From positions 1 through 29,494 of the forward strand of contig JBFFSH010000029.1 in assembly GCA_041572575.1 (NCBI GenBank): 29,494 bases of DNA. The letters run 5' to 3'. The translations under genes and the position numbers were made by a program. Under the pieces are notes generated by a model. The model made no database searches, had not been told where the DNA came from, and saw nothing but the letters and a program-made list of their open reading frames with translations. Source of the DNA: Thermodesulfobacteriota bacterium (GTDB lineage Bacteria; Desulfobacterota_D; UBA1144; Nemesobacterales; N074bin48). This document shows, one piece after another, positions 8,221-17,249 of the stretch. Position 1 is the first letter of the stretch; every line of letters starts with the position of its first letter.

Positions 8221-8854
8221 GCCCGTACTGCCAGCAGAACCTCCTTCTACATTATCAAAAAAATATATTGATACCAAAGTACAGGGATGCATAAAAGAAA
8301 AAAGCAGTTATACATTTAATAAATATCATATAATGAGAGAGGGTGAAACACTTTACAGAATATCCAAAAAATATGATGTAAGCGTTGCAAAGTTAATAGA
8401 ACTTAACGGTATAGAAGACCATACGGATATAGAGATTGGAAGATTAATTCGCTTACCGGGGTCTGCCAAGCATGCTCAGTATGATTGGCCGCTCAAAGGA
8501 AGGTTAACCTCAAAATATGGCAAAAGAGGCAGAAGATTACACAGCGGTATTGATATATCAGCAGATAAAGGTACACATATAAAAGCTGTTGCAGACGGGC
8601 TTGTAGTTGAAAGCAGCAACAAGATTAAGGGTTATAGTAATTACGGACGAGTGGTTGAAATTTATCATGGAAGTGGAATAACCTCATTATATGCGCACAA
8701 CAAAAAAAATCTTGTAAAAAAAGGAACTTGTGTAAGAAAAGGCCAGAGTGTGGCAGAAGTAGGCTCATCGGGAAATGCCACCGGAAATCATCTGCATCTG
8801 GAAATAAGAAAGGATGGCAAACCGGTTAACCCGCTAATATATTTAAAGCAGTAA
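8111..8854 (+). CDS. LysM + M23 peptidase lipoprotein (NlpD-like)
   Basis: Lipobox LQAC, LysM (GETLYRISKKYDV...LN), M23 motifs HSGIDI, YAH, HLHLEIR. Confidence 0.88.
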   Translation: MYQSRLLKQKILNKLSIKLLILFLIVTLQACGTKKPEPVLPAEPPSTLSKKYIDTKVQGCIKEKSSYTFNKYHIMREGETLYRISKKYDVSVAKLIELNGIEDHTDIEIGRLIRLPGSAKHAQYDWPLKGRLTSKYGKRGRRLHSGIDISADKGTHIKAVADGLVVESSNKIKGYSNYGRVVEIYHGSGITSLYAHNKKNLVKKGTCVRKGQSVAEVGSSGNATGNHLHLEIRKDGKPVNPLIYLKQ

Positions 8855-8866
8855 GGAGGATGAACT

Positions 8867-9388
8867 ATGAAGGATCTTAAAAAGTATGTAAGAGATATTC
8901 CGGGATTTCCAAAAGAAGGGATTAATTTTCATGATATAACTCCTTTACTCCAAAATCCTAAAGCTTTCTCTTTTGCCGTTGATACAATGGCTGAAACTGT
9001 TTCAGACAAAAACATACAGTACATTGTTGGAGTCGAAGCCAGGGGGTTTATATTTGGATCAGCTCTTGCATATAAACTGGATGCGGGTCTTGTAATAGTA
9101 AGAAAACTCGGAAAGCTTCCTTCTGAAACCATAAATGCCTCTTATGACCTCGAGTATGGAGAAGATGTGCTTGAGCTGCATAAAGATTCAATTTCTCATG
9201 GTGAAAACGTTTTACTCGTGGATGATCTCCTTGCAACAGGGGGAACGGCCGCAGCAGTTGGAGAGCTCGTTAATAAGCTTGGAGGCAATATAGTAGGCTA
9301 CTTGTTTTTAATCGAGCTTACCTCACTAAACGGAAGGGAAAAACTAAAGCCCTACCCTGTATGGTCAAAACTAAAATATACTGAATGA
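8867..9388 (+). CDS. apt: Adenine phosphoribosyltransferase
   Basis: IPGFPKEGINFHDI, EARGF, LEYG, VDDLLATGGT; SD AAGGAGG. Confidence 0.96.
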   Translation: MKDLKKYVRDIPGFPKEGINFHDITPLLQNPKAFSFAVDTMAETVSDKNIQYIVGVEARGFIFGSALAYKLDAGLVIVRKLGKLPSETINASYDLEYGEDVLELHKDSISHGENVLLVDDLLATGGTAAAVGELVNKLGGNIVGYLFLIELTSLNGREKLKPYPVWSKLKYTE

Positions 9389-9413
9389 TATTTTCTATAG
9401 ATAACTACAATAT

Positions 9414-10529
9414 ATGCAGGACAAATCCAATATCATAGACGTTAAAATTAAAGGTTCAAAAGCGCTATCCTACCAAATAGAAATAGGAAGAGGACTTTTT
9501 GACAAGCTTGCCAAAGAATTAAAGGAAAAAGAACTTGCATACAGGTATGCAGTGGTATCTGACAGCAACGTATCAAAGCTTTATTATGGCAAACTGCAAG
9601 AATCATTAAAAAATGAAGGTTTATCATGCCTGCTTATAACAATTCCAGCAGGAGAACAATCAAAAAACAGGAAGAATAAGGAATTTATTGAAGATACGAT
9701 GCTTAAAAACGGCATGGCGAGAGACTCTGCAATAATAGCCCTTGGCGGAGGAGTTGTTGGTGATATTGCCGGATTTGTAGCGGCAACTTATAACAGGGGA
9801 ATTCCATATATTCAGTATCCAACTTCACTTGTTGCCTGTGTGGATAGTTCCATTGGAGGTAAAACTGCAATTGATACTGAATATGGAAAGAATCTCATTG
9901 GTTCATTTTATCAGCCTGTTAAGGTTTATGTTGACTTAGAAACTCTAAAAACTCTAAAGAGACAGGAAATAACAGAAGGACTGGCAGAAGTAATAAAATA
10001 CGGAATTATTTATGATGCGGATTTTTTTCACTATATAGAAAAAAATATAAATGGAATATTTAATTATGATACAGAAGCACTCAGCAATATTGTTAGCAGA
10101 AGCTGTGAAATAAAAGGATATGTAGTAGAAAATGATGAAAAGGAATCTAACTTAAGAAAGATTCTAAATTTCGGCCATACTATAGGACATGCCGTTGAAC
10201 AGCTATCAAACTATAAAATCACACATGGAAATGCAATTTCTATAGGCATGGTTTTAGAAGCTAGAGTTGCTGTTGAACTGGGCATATTAGATAGAATTCA
10301 TTTAAATGAAATAATAGAAATATTTTCTAAGGCAGGCCTTCCCACTGTACTTCCGGAGATTATAGATAAATCTAAAATTGTCTCTGTAATGAAGCTCGAC
10401 AAAAAAACAAGGAAGGGAAATATTGAGTTTGCGATACCTTCAGAGATTGGAACTATGCACTCAGATAACGGAAGTTATGGAATTAAAATTGACGAAAACA
10501 TTATTAATAAGGTTATACAAAATTTTTAA
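9414..10529 (+). CDS. aroB: 3-dehydroquinate synthase
   Basis: GGGVVGD, VDSSIGGKT, KNLIGSFYQP, LNFGHTIGHA, HGNAISIG. Confidence 0.95.
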   Translation: MQDKSNIIDVKIKGSKALSYQIEIGRGLFDKLAKELKEKELAYRYAVVSDSNVSKLYYGKLQESLKNEGLSCLLITIPAGEQSKNRKNKEFIEDTMLKNGMARDSAIIALGGGVVGDIAGFVAATYNRGIPYIQYPTSLVACVDSSIGGKTAIDTEYGKNLIGSFYQPVKVYVDLETLKTLKRQEITEGLAEVIKYGIIYDADFFHYIEKNINGIFNYDTEALSNIVSRSCEIKGYVVENDEKESNLRKILNFGHTIGHAVEQLSNYKITHGNAISIGMVLEARVAVELGILDRIHLNEIIEIFSKAGLPTVLPEIIDKSKIVSVMKLDKKTRKGNIEFAIPSEIGTMHSDNGSYGIKIDENIINKVIQNF

Positions 10530-10543
10530 TAAATCTTGCCTGG

Positions 10544-11170
10544 ATGAAAGATCTATCTTATTACCGCGACTATTATATTGATCTTTCCGTTGATCTTCCT
10601 CCGCTAAATCTCAAAACAATATTTAATAACACCCATGAAGTATCATTAGAAATAGGTTTTGGTGAAGGAGATTTTCTAATAGAGCTTGCAATGTACCACC
10701 CTTTGCAGAATTTTATAGGCCTGGAAATTAAAAAGAACAGGTTTAAAAAAGCAATAAGTCATGCAAGCAGCCTTGGACTTAAGAATATCAGGTTCATGCA
10801 TTTTGATGCCTCAATAGATCTACTTCAGGTTTTTGAACAAGACATCTTTTCTCAAGTTTTCATAAATTTTCCCGACCCATGGCCGAAAAAGAGACACCAA
10901 AAACACAGGATAATAAAAAACGATCTTCTGAAACAATTATATAAGATAACAAGACAATGCTGCCAAATAAAAATTGCAACAGACCATAAAGAATATTCGG
11001 ATTTAATATTAGAAGAATTTCGCGATACAGACTTATACAGTCTAAATTCGAGTTTGAAATATTTTGGTTCTTATTCTAAACCACAAAGAACTATTACCAA
11101 ATTTGAAAGACAGTTTATAAAAGAAAGAAGAGAAATTTATTATTTAAGTTATATTAAAACAAACACTTAA
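10544..11170 (+). CDS. trmB: tRNA (guanine-N7)-methyltransferase
   Basis: LEIGFGEG, GLE, NFPDPWPKKRH, ATD, TKFE. Confidence 0.93.
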   Translation: MKDLSYYRDYYIDLSVDLPPLNLKTIFNNTHEVSLEIGFGEGDFLIELAMYHPLQNFIGLEIKKNRFKKAISHASSLGLKNIRFMHFDASIDLLQVFEQDIFSQVFINFPDPWPKKRHQKHRIIKNDLLKQLYKITRQCCQIKIATDHKEYSDLILEEFRDTDLYSLNSSLKYFGSYSKPQRTITKFERQFIKERREIYYLSYIKTNT

Positions 11171-11189
11171 AATAATCAGGAGATACGAA

Positions 11190-11423
11190 ATGAATTTAAT
11201 GTTAGTTTGTACGATTCTTGTAATAACGTTATCACTTACGGGTTGCAGTGCTGGAAACGGTGCGGGGCATTGGTTTCACATACTATTTGTGCTTATACCG
11301 TTTGGTATAACTCTATACTTTTTAAATAAAAAAGTGGATGATATAAGCAAATCACTATTTAAAATTGAAGGACAGCTATCACTGCTTGCTACTAAAGCTG
11401 ATAAATCTGAGAAAAAGAAGTGA
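11190..11423 (+). CDS. Small hypothetical lipoprotein/membrane protein
   Basis: SD AGGAG; hydrophobic N-terminus with LTGC lipobox, second hydrophobic helix, basic tail. Confidence 0.7.
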   Translation: MNLMLVCTILVITLSLTGCSAGNGAGHWFHILFVLIPFGITLYFLNKKVDDISKSLFKIEGQLSLLATKADKSEKKK

Positions 11424-11446
11424 GATAGCGCAGCAATAAAACTATT

Positions 11447-11983
11447 TTAGTTACTGTTTAATACCTGATCCTTATACTCAGGTGGTACTGCTGATGGATC
11501 GTCGGTAACATGTAATATTCCATCCTTATCCTTCCATTTAAACAGCTTTGACTTACCCGTGACATTAAGGTCTCCGGAATAATCTTCTGTAACTGCATCA
11601 GGCTCGGTAACTTCAGCATCAATACCAGCTTCTTGAATTTCAGCTTCTTCACGCTCTGCTCTTCTTCTTTCAATCTCTGCATTTATTTCAGCATTGCTCT
11701 TTTTAGTATGAGATCTTCCAATTGTGCTTGAACCTTCCCTGTACTCAGTGGTGGTTTTTCTTACTTTTGAGTTTTCAAACTGATTGAGATCTTCTTTAGG
11801 AGTAACAACATATTCGGGAAACTGCAGAGGAGCCGTGAGTGCACCTCCACCAGGGGCTACTGGTGCCGGAGCTGCTGGTGCCGGAGCTGCTGCTCCGCCT
11901 GCATCCTGTGAAAGTACCAACTCAGCGTCAGTTGTAATAAATAGTAATAGACCTACAATCAATATTTTAAATATTTTATACAT
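11447..11983 (-). CDS. Secreted protein with Pro/Ala linker and C-terminal DUF4124-like motif
   Basis: Signal peptide, PAPAAPAP tract, LFKWKDKDGILHVTDDP...PPEY; SD GGGAGG. Confidence 0.75.
   Translation of the reverse strand: MYKIFKILIVGLLLFITTDAELVLSQDAGGAAAPAPAAPAPVAPGGGALTAPLQFPEYVVTPKEDLNQFENSKVRKTTTEYREGSSTIGRSHTKKSNAEINAEIERRRAEREEAEIQEAGIDAEVTEPDAVTEDYSGDLNVTGKSKLFKWKDKDGILHVTDDPSAVPPEYKDQVLNSN
11860..11892. repeat. Perfect 15-bp tandem duplication (CTGGTGCCGGAGCTG x2) encoding the PAPAA linker
   Basis: Read directly at 11860-11874 and 11875-11889. Confidence 0.85.
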
Positions 11984-12102
11984 AACTTTATTTTCCTCCC
12001 ATAATTAACTATAATCATAATACTTTTATTATGTTAATTATAACTATATAATAGCTCAGATTGTTACGAGTATCAATAATTTATATTAACAATTCACATA
12101 TG

Positions 12103-12130
12103 TTGACAAGAAACATTGATTATGTAATAT
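12103..12130 (+). promoter_or_regulatory. Sigma70-type promoter for the DAHP synthase gene
   Basis: TTGACA, 16-nt spacer, TAATAT. Confidence 0.55.
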
Positions 12131-12173
12131 GGGCAATTTATACAACTAAACACAAAGCGAGGGAAATTACACA

Positions 12174-13193
12174 ATGATTGTAGTAATGAAGAATGGGGCA
12201 AAAAAGGAACAAATTGAAAAAGTTAAATCGACAATTATAGAAATCGGGTACAAACCACATGCAATAAAAGGGGTTCTTAAGTCAGTAATAGGAGTAGTGG
12301 GAGACGACAGAGGAAAGGTAAATCACCTGGAGAGGCTAAGCCTGCTTGAAGGAGTAGAAAAAGTTGTTCCGATTTCTCAGCCCTACAAACTTGCAAGCCG
12401 TGAGATTACCGAACAAACCTCAAGATTTAGAGTAGACAAAGCAACTGTTGGAGGCAGCAAGATATGCGTAATAGCCGGCCCATGCTCAGTAGAAAATGAG
12501 GAGCAGCTTATAACCACTGCAAAAGCTGTAAAAAAAGCAGGCGCAACAATGTTAAGAGGTGGTGCATTCAAACCCAGGACCTCTCCATACTCATTCCAGG
12601 GTCTTGGTGAAGAAGGTCTAAAACTCCTGGCTAAAGCAAAGGAAATAACTGGCCTTCCAATCGTAACAGAAATTATGGATACCGATGATCTTGACCTCCT
12701 GGAAGATTACACAGATGTACTTCAGATTGGCGCTCGCAACTCTCAAAACTATTCACTTCTAAGACGAGTTGGAAAATCCAAAAAAGCAGTTCTTCTCAAA
12801 CGTGGAATGTCAACTACTATAAATGAGTTCTTAATGTGCGCTGAGTATATACTTTCTGAAGGAAACGAAAAAGTTATGCTTTGCGAAAGAGGAATTAGAA
12901 CATTTGAAACAGCTACGAGAAACACATTTGATCTAAATGCAATTCCGGTGCTAAAAGAAAAAACTCATCTACCTGTTTTTGCTGATCCAAGCCACGGGAC
13001 AGGCTATTGGCAATATGTTACTCCAATGGCACTTGCAGCTATTGCAGCGGGTGCGGACGGCATTGCTATAGAGGTCCACAATAATCCTGAGGTTGCTGTT
13101 AGCGATGGTGGTCAGTCCTTAAAACCCAAAAAGTTTGCAGAACTTATGAAAAAAGCAGCACCTGTAGCAAAAGCAGTAGGCAGAAAGCTTTAA
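12174..13193 (+). CDS. aroF: DAHP synthase, type I-beta, with N-terminal ACT-like regulatory domain
   Basis: MIVVMK N-domain, [45 protein letters not shown]. Confidence 0.95.
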   Translation: MIVVMKNGAKKEQIEKVKSTIIEIGYKPHAIKGVLKSVIGVVGDDRGKVNHLERLSLLEGVEKVVPISQPYKLASREITEQTSRFRVDKATVGGSKICVIAGPCSVENEEQLITTAKAVKKAGATMLRGGAFKPRTSPYSFQGLGEEGLKLLAKAKEITGLPIVTEIMDTDDLDLLEDYTDVLQIGARNSQNYSLLRRVGKSKKAVLLKRGMSTTINEFLMCAEYILSEGNEKVMLCERGIRTFETATRNTFDLNAIPVLKEKTHLPVFADPSHGTGYWQYVTPMALAAIAAGADGIAIEVHNNPEVAVSDGGQSLKPKKFAELMKKAAPVAKAVGRKL

Positions 13194-13795
13194 TCGGAAA
13201 TAATTACTTTCCGGCCATCTATAGAGATTTTCCCATCACAAAATAGTCTCACAGCCTTTGGGAAAACTATATGTTCCTGTTCATGTATCTTTTCTAATAA
13301 AGTATCTTCAGTATCGTCCGGTGTGATTTCTACTACAGATTGTAAAATAATAGGCCCAGTGTCAACTCCGTCGTCTACAAAGTGTACTGTACATCCAGTG
13401 AACCTAACACCATAATCAAAGGCTTGTTTGGTTGAGTTCACTCCTGGAAATGAAGGGAGAAGAGCGGGATGGATATTTATTATTCTATGTTTATAGTGCT
13501 TTACAAAAAAAGGGGTAAGCACTCTCATGAAGCCTGCAAGCACTATAAGTTCTACTCCCTTCTCATCAAGACATTTAATTAACTGCCGCTCAAATGCTTC
13601 CCTGCTATCATAGTCTTTATGGTTTATAACTTCGGCAGGGATGTTATGTTTCTCAGCTCTATTAAGAGCATACGCATCTGGTTTATTGCTTATTACAATT
13701 GTAATCTCGCATGAGGGTATGTTACTGTCTATAATTGCCTGCAGATTTGTGCCGCTACCAGATACTAAAACTCCGATTTTAGTTTTTTGAGACAT
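13190..13795 (-). CDS. purN: Phosphoribosylglycinamide formyltransferase
   Basis: [45 protein letters not shown]. Confidence 0.96.
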   Translation of the reverse strand: MSQKTKIGVLVSGSGTNLQAIIDSNIPSCEITIVISNKPDAYALNRAEKHNIPAEVINHKDYDSREAFERQLIKCLDEKGVELIVLAGFMRVLTPFFVKHYKHRIINIHPALLPSFPGVNSTKQAFDYGVRFTGCTVHFVDDGVDTGPIILQSVVEITPDDTEDTLLEKIHEQEHIVFPKAVRLFCDGKISIDGRKVIISD

Positions 13796-13802
13796 ATTCT
13801 GG

Positions 13803-13811
13803 ATAATAACA
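13803..13811 (-). promoter_or_regulatory. Extended -10 promoter giving a probably leaderless purN mRNA
   Basis: TG-T-TATTAT then 7 nt then ATG; no SD. Confidence 0.5.
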
Positions 13812-13867
13812 GAACAATTCTTATTTTCTAGTTTGGTCGAGGGAATTTAAGGAAGAAAAAAAAAGAA

Positions 13868-13983
13868 TTAGGGCAGCTACCGACTTTCCCACCCCTGAAA
13901 GAGGCAGTATCATAGGCCTTGGAGAACTTAACTGCCGGGTTCGGTATGGGACCGGGTGTGCCTCTCCAGTATTGCCACCCAAA
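13868..13983 (-). rRNA. rrf: 5S rRNA, unlinked from 16S/23S (ends approximate)
   Basis: Minus strand reads TTTGGGTGGCAATACTGGAGAGGCACACCCGGTCCCATACCGAACCCGGCAGTTAAGTTCTCCAAGGCCTATGATACTGCC...GGGAAAGTCGGTAGCTGCCCTAA, containing the conserved CCCAT-CCGAAC and GTTAAG motifs and a pairable helix I. Confidence 0.94.
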
Positions 13984-13991
13984 TTCGATAT

Positions 13992-14021
13992 ACATTATTA
14001 CAAATCTAAAAACAAAGTCAA
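13992..14021 (-). promoter_or_regulatory. Sigma70-type promoter of the 5S rRNA gene
   Basis: TTGACT (14021-14016) followed 16-18 nt later by AATAAT/TAATGT; predicted start near 13986. Confidence 0.6.
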
Positions 14022-14054
14022 GACTATAATTAAATTATAAGTAAATTTAATAAG

Positions 14055-14100
14055 ATAATGTCATTGTGAATTTGTATAAGTTGGTTACAATGAGCATTAT
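14055..14100. promoter_or_regulatory. Imperfect inverted repeat overlapping a candidate promoter of the ATP-grasp operon
   Basis: ATAATG-TCATTGTGA ... TTACAATGAGCATTAT; contains TTGTGA-16-TACAAT. Confidence 0.4.
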
Positions 14101-14124
14101 AATTTCTATTTTTATTAAAGATAT

Positions 14125-15558
14125 ATGAATTTTTCAAACTATAAAACAGAAGATTTTTACGACGAATATTTTGAGAAACCAGGCAGTCCCCGAAATGGAG
14201 CTGCCGATCTTATTAAAAGGATTGATTCACTATCAGATGGGGAGCTACTAAAAAGACAAAAAGGAGCCGAAGCAGCTCTTTTTAACATGGGAGTTACTTT
14301 TACAGTATACAAAAAAGAAGCCGGGATAGAGAGAATATTCCCCTTCGATATCATTCCCAGAATAATTGAACACAGTGAATGGGCACAAATTGAAACAGGT
14401 CTAAAACAGCGAATAGAAGCCTTAAATTTATTTATAGATGATATTTATCATGACAAAGAAATAATTAAAGATAAAATCATTCCCGAAGAATTAATAACAT
14501 CGAGCAAATCGTATAAGAAACAATGCGAAGGAATAAACCCACCAAAAGGCATATGGTGTCATATAACAGGCACCGATATTGTAAGAGATAAAGACGGTAG
14601 TTTTTATGTATTGGAAGATAACTTGCGCTGTCCATCCGGCGTGTCTTATGTACTGGAAAACCGGCTTGTATTAAAACGAGTACTGCCAAAACTTTTCGCT
14701 GATATAAATATTAGACCCGTCGATGACTACCATTACAGGCTACTGGATACTTTGCAAAATCTTGTACCCGATTCTATCTCTAACCCAAGCGTAGTGGTTC
14801 TTACACCGGGAATATACAACTCAGCATATTATGAACATTCGTTTTTAGCACAGCAAATGGGTGTAGAACTGGTTCAGGGTACAGACCTTGTAGTATCTGA
14901 TGGATATGTATGTATGAAAACTACAAAAGGGCTTGAAAAAGTCGATGTAATTTATAGACGAATTGATGATGACTTTATAGACCCAAATGCCTTTAATCCC
15001 GATTCCTTGTTAGGAGTCCCGGGTCTATTCGAAGTATATAAAAACGGTCGTGTATCTCTTGCAAACGCACCGGGAACAGGGATAGCGGATGATAAAACCA
15101 TATATGCTTATGTTCCCAAGATTATCAAATATTATTTAGATCAAGACCCTATCTTGTCCAATGTACCCACATATGTATGCTGGGATGAAAAAGAGAAACA
15201 ACACGTAATGGACAACATAGAAAAGCTTGTAGTAAAACCAGCAAATGAATCCGGAGGGTACGGAATAGTAGTTGGTCCGCATTCTACGAAAAAACAGCTG
15301 GAGAAAGCAAAAGAGCAAATTAACTCTGACCCGCGCAATTTCATAGCACAACCCACATTATCACTTTCAAGAGTGCCTGTTATTGTAGATGATCATTTTG
15401 AGGGAAGACACGTAGATTTAAGACCATATATACTATATGGAAAAGATATTTATGTTATGCCCGGAGGACTTACGCGTGTTGCACTTAAAAAAGGTTCACT
15501 AATAGTAAATTCTTCACAAGGTGGAGGAAGTAAAGACACCTGGGTGCTCGGTAAATAA
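14125..15558 (+). CDS. Circularly permuted type 2 ATP-grasp protein
   Basis: GVTFTVY, ERIFPFDIIPR, LEDNLRCPSGVSY, LTPGIYNSAYYEH, VIYRRIDD, VNSSQGGGSKDTWV. Confidence 0.94.
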   Translation: MNFSNYKTEDFYDEYFEKPGSPRNGAADLIKRIDSLSDGELLKRQKGAEAALFNMGVTFTVYKKEAGIERIFPFDIIPRIIEHSEWAQIETGLKQRIEALNLFIDDIYHDKEIIKDKIIPEELITSSKSYKKQCEGINPPKGIWCHITGTDIVRDKDGSFYVLEDNLRCPSGVSYVLENRLVLKRVLPKLFADINIRPVDDYHYRLLDTLQNLVPDSISNPSVVVLTPGIYNSAYYEHSFLAQQMGVELVQGTDLVVSDGYVCMKTTKGLEKVDVIYRRIDDDFIDPNAFNPDSLLGVPGLFEVYKNGRVSLANAPGTGIADDKTIYAYVPKIIKYYLDQDPILSNVPTYVCWDEKEKQHVMDNIEKLVVKPANESGGYGIVVGPHSTKKQLEKAKEQINSDPRNFIAQPTLSLSRVPVIVDDHFEGRHVDLRPYILYGKDIYVMPGGLTRVALKKGSLIVNSSQGGGSKDTWVLGK

Positions 15559-15561
15559 TAT

Positions 15562-16509
15562 ATGCTTAGTAGAGTTGCAAATTCACTGTACTGGATGTGC
15601 AGATATATAGAAAGGGCAGAGAACATTGCAAGATTTGTAGATGTAAACCTTAACCTGCTGCTTGACCTGCCTTATCAGGAAACTGAACAGTGGGATCCTC
15701 TTGTAATTATTACAGGCGATAATGAAATATTTAAACAAAAATATGGTGAACCAAATAGAGATAATGTTATCCAGTTTTTAACTTTTGATACCACGTACGA
15801 CAATTCAATCATATCCAATCTCCAAAAAGCAAGAGAAAATGCAAGATCTGTAAGAGAGATAATCTCTACAGAGATGTGGGAGCAAATTAATAAATATTAC
15901 TTTTTTGTTAATGACGCCTCCAGTCAATCTGAAATACCTGAAAACCTGTATGAATTTTATAATAAAACTAAACTTGAAAGTCATCTTTTTACTGGAATTA
16001 TGGACACAACAATGTCTCATGGTGAAGGCTGGCATTTTGGCAGGATAGGCAGGCTACTGGAACGTGCTGATAAAACCTCGAGAATTTTGGATGTTAAATA
16101 TTTTATTCTGCTTCCAAGCGTGGACATGATTGGAGGACCTATAGATTATATTCAGTGGGCAGCACTACTGAAATCAGCAAGTGCACTTGAGATGTATAGA
16201 AAAAGATACAGACGAATCCTTCCTGATAATGTAGCAGACTTTCTTATTATGGATGATGATTTTCCAAGATCACTAAGATATTGCCTTATAAATTCCCAAA
16301 ATTCACTCCGTGACATTACCGGCAGCTCACATGGAACTTATCAAAACAGCGCCGAGAGATACCTGGGCAAACTCTCATCAGAACTCGACTATTCACAGAT
16401 AGATGAAATTATCAAGATGGGACTTCATGAGTTTTTAGATAAGTTTCAGTATGATTTAAACATAGTCGGAAACTCCATTCACAAAACTTTTTTCGAGGTT
16501 GAAATATGA
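15562..16509 (+). CDS. Alpha-E domain protein (DUF403)
   Basis: MLSRVANSLYWMCRYIERAEN, ARENARSVRE, ERADKTSRILDVKY, FPRSL. Confidence 0.94.
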   Translation: MLSRVANSLYWMCRYIERAENIARFVDVNLNLLLDLPYQETEQWDPLVIITGDNEIFKQKYGEPNRDNVIQFLTFDTTYDNSIISNLQKARENARSVREIISTEMWEQINKYYFFVNDASSQSEIPENLYEFYNKTKLESHLFTGIMDTTMSHGEGWHFGRIGRLLERADKTSRILDVKYFILLPSVDMIGGPIDYIQWAALLKSASALEMYRKRYRRILPDNVADFLIMDDDFPRSLRYCLINSQNSLRDITGSSHGTYQNSAERYLGKLSSELDYSQIDEIIKMGLHEFLDKFQYDLNIVGNSIHKTFFEVEI

Positions 16510-17249
16510 CATTTTGCGTTGGAATGAAAGTAGAAGACGGGCTTGTGGGAATTGCCGATACTCGGATAACTTCAGGTACACAATATATCACTGCAAGAAA
16601 ACTGACGGTTCACACACATGGAAGACATTCCCTATTCATAATGACATCAGGACTCAGGTCAGTAAGGGATAAAGCTCTAACTTACTTCAGTGAAATATTA
16701 GAGGATGAAAATGAAAGTTATGATAAACTATACAAAGCAGTAAATGCATTTGCAAAGCAGGTAAGAAGAGCATACGAAGAAGATAAAGATGCGCTTGAAG
16801 AAAGTAATTTAAATTTTAATTTGTATTCAATAATCGGCGGTCAGTTTGAAAAAGATAAAGAGCACAAGCTGTATATGCTATATCCACAGGCAAACTGGGT
16901 AGAGGTTGGAAAAGGTAATCCCTACTATATTATAGGTGAATCAAGCTTTGGAACACCAATACTGGACAGGGCTCTCAAATATAACTCACCTATGGAAAAA
17001 GCGCTTAAAGCCGGATACCTTGCTTTTGATGCTACCAAAACTAGTGCTAATAATGTGGATTTTCCCTTAGATATAGTTCTGTATAAAAAAGACAGCTATA
17101 AATTCATAGAACACAGGTACGAAAGAGAAGATCTGGATAGCGTTTCCAAATGGTGGCAGGAAAGTCTGATTAAACTTGTAAAAAATATGCCAAATGAATG
17201 GACAGATATTCCCATTAGTATACTTAATGAAATGTCAGAGGGTGAATGA
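16506..17249 (+). CDS. Anbu / proteasome-beta-type Ntn-hydrolase peptidase
   Basis: N-terminal (M)TFCVG with Thr1, Asp17 (ADTR) and Lys31 (ARKL); IGGQ, LYPQANW, IGESSFG.PILDR; operon context. Confidence 0.88.
   Translation: MTFCVGMKVEDGLVGIADTRITSGTQYITARKLTVHTHGRHSLFIMTSGLRSVRDKALTYFSEILEDENESYDKLYKAVNAFAKQVRRAYEEDKDALEESNLNFNLYSIIGGQFEKDKEHKLYMLYPQANWVEVGKGNPYYIIGESSFGTPILDRALKYNSPMEKALKAGYLAFDATKTSANNVDFPLDIVLYKKDSYKFIEHRYEREDLDSVSKWWQESLIKLVKNMPNEWTDIPISILNEMSEGE

Noticed and set aside
14072..14096. NtcA box or sigma54 promoter upstream of the ATP-grasp operon
   Set aside because: Spacing is GTA-N9-TAC (NtcA needs N8) and GG-N9-GC (sigma54 needs N10)
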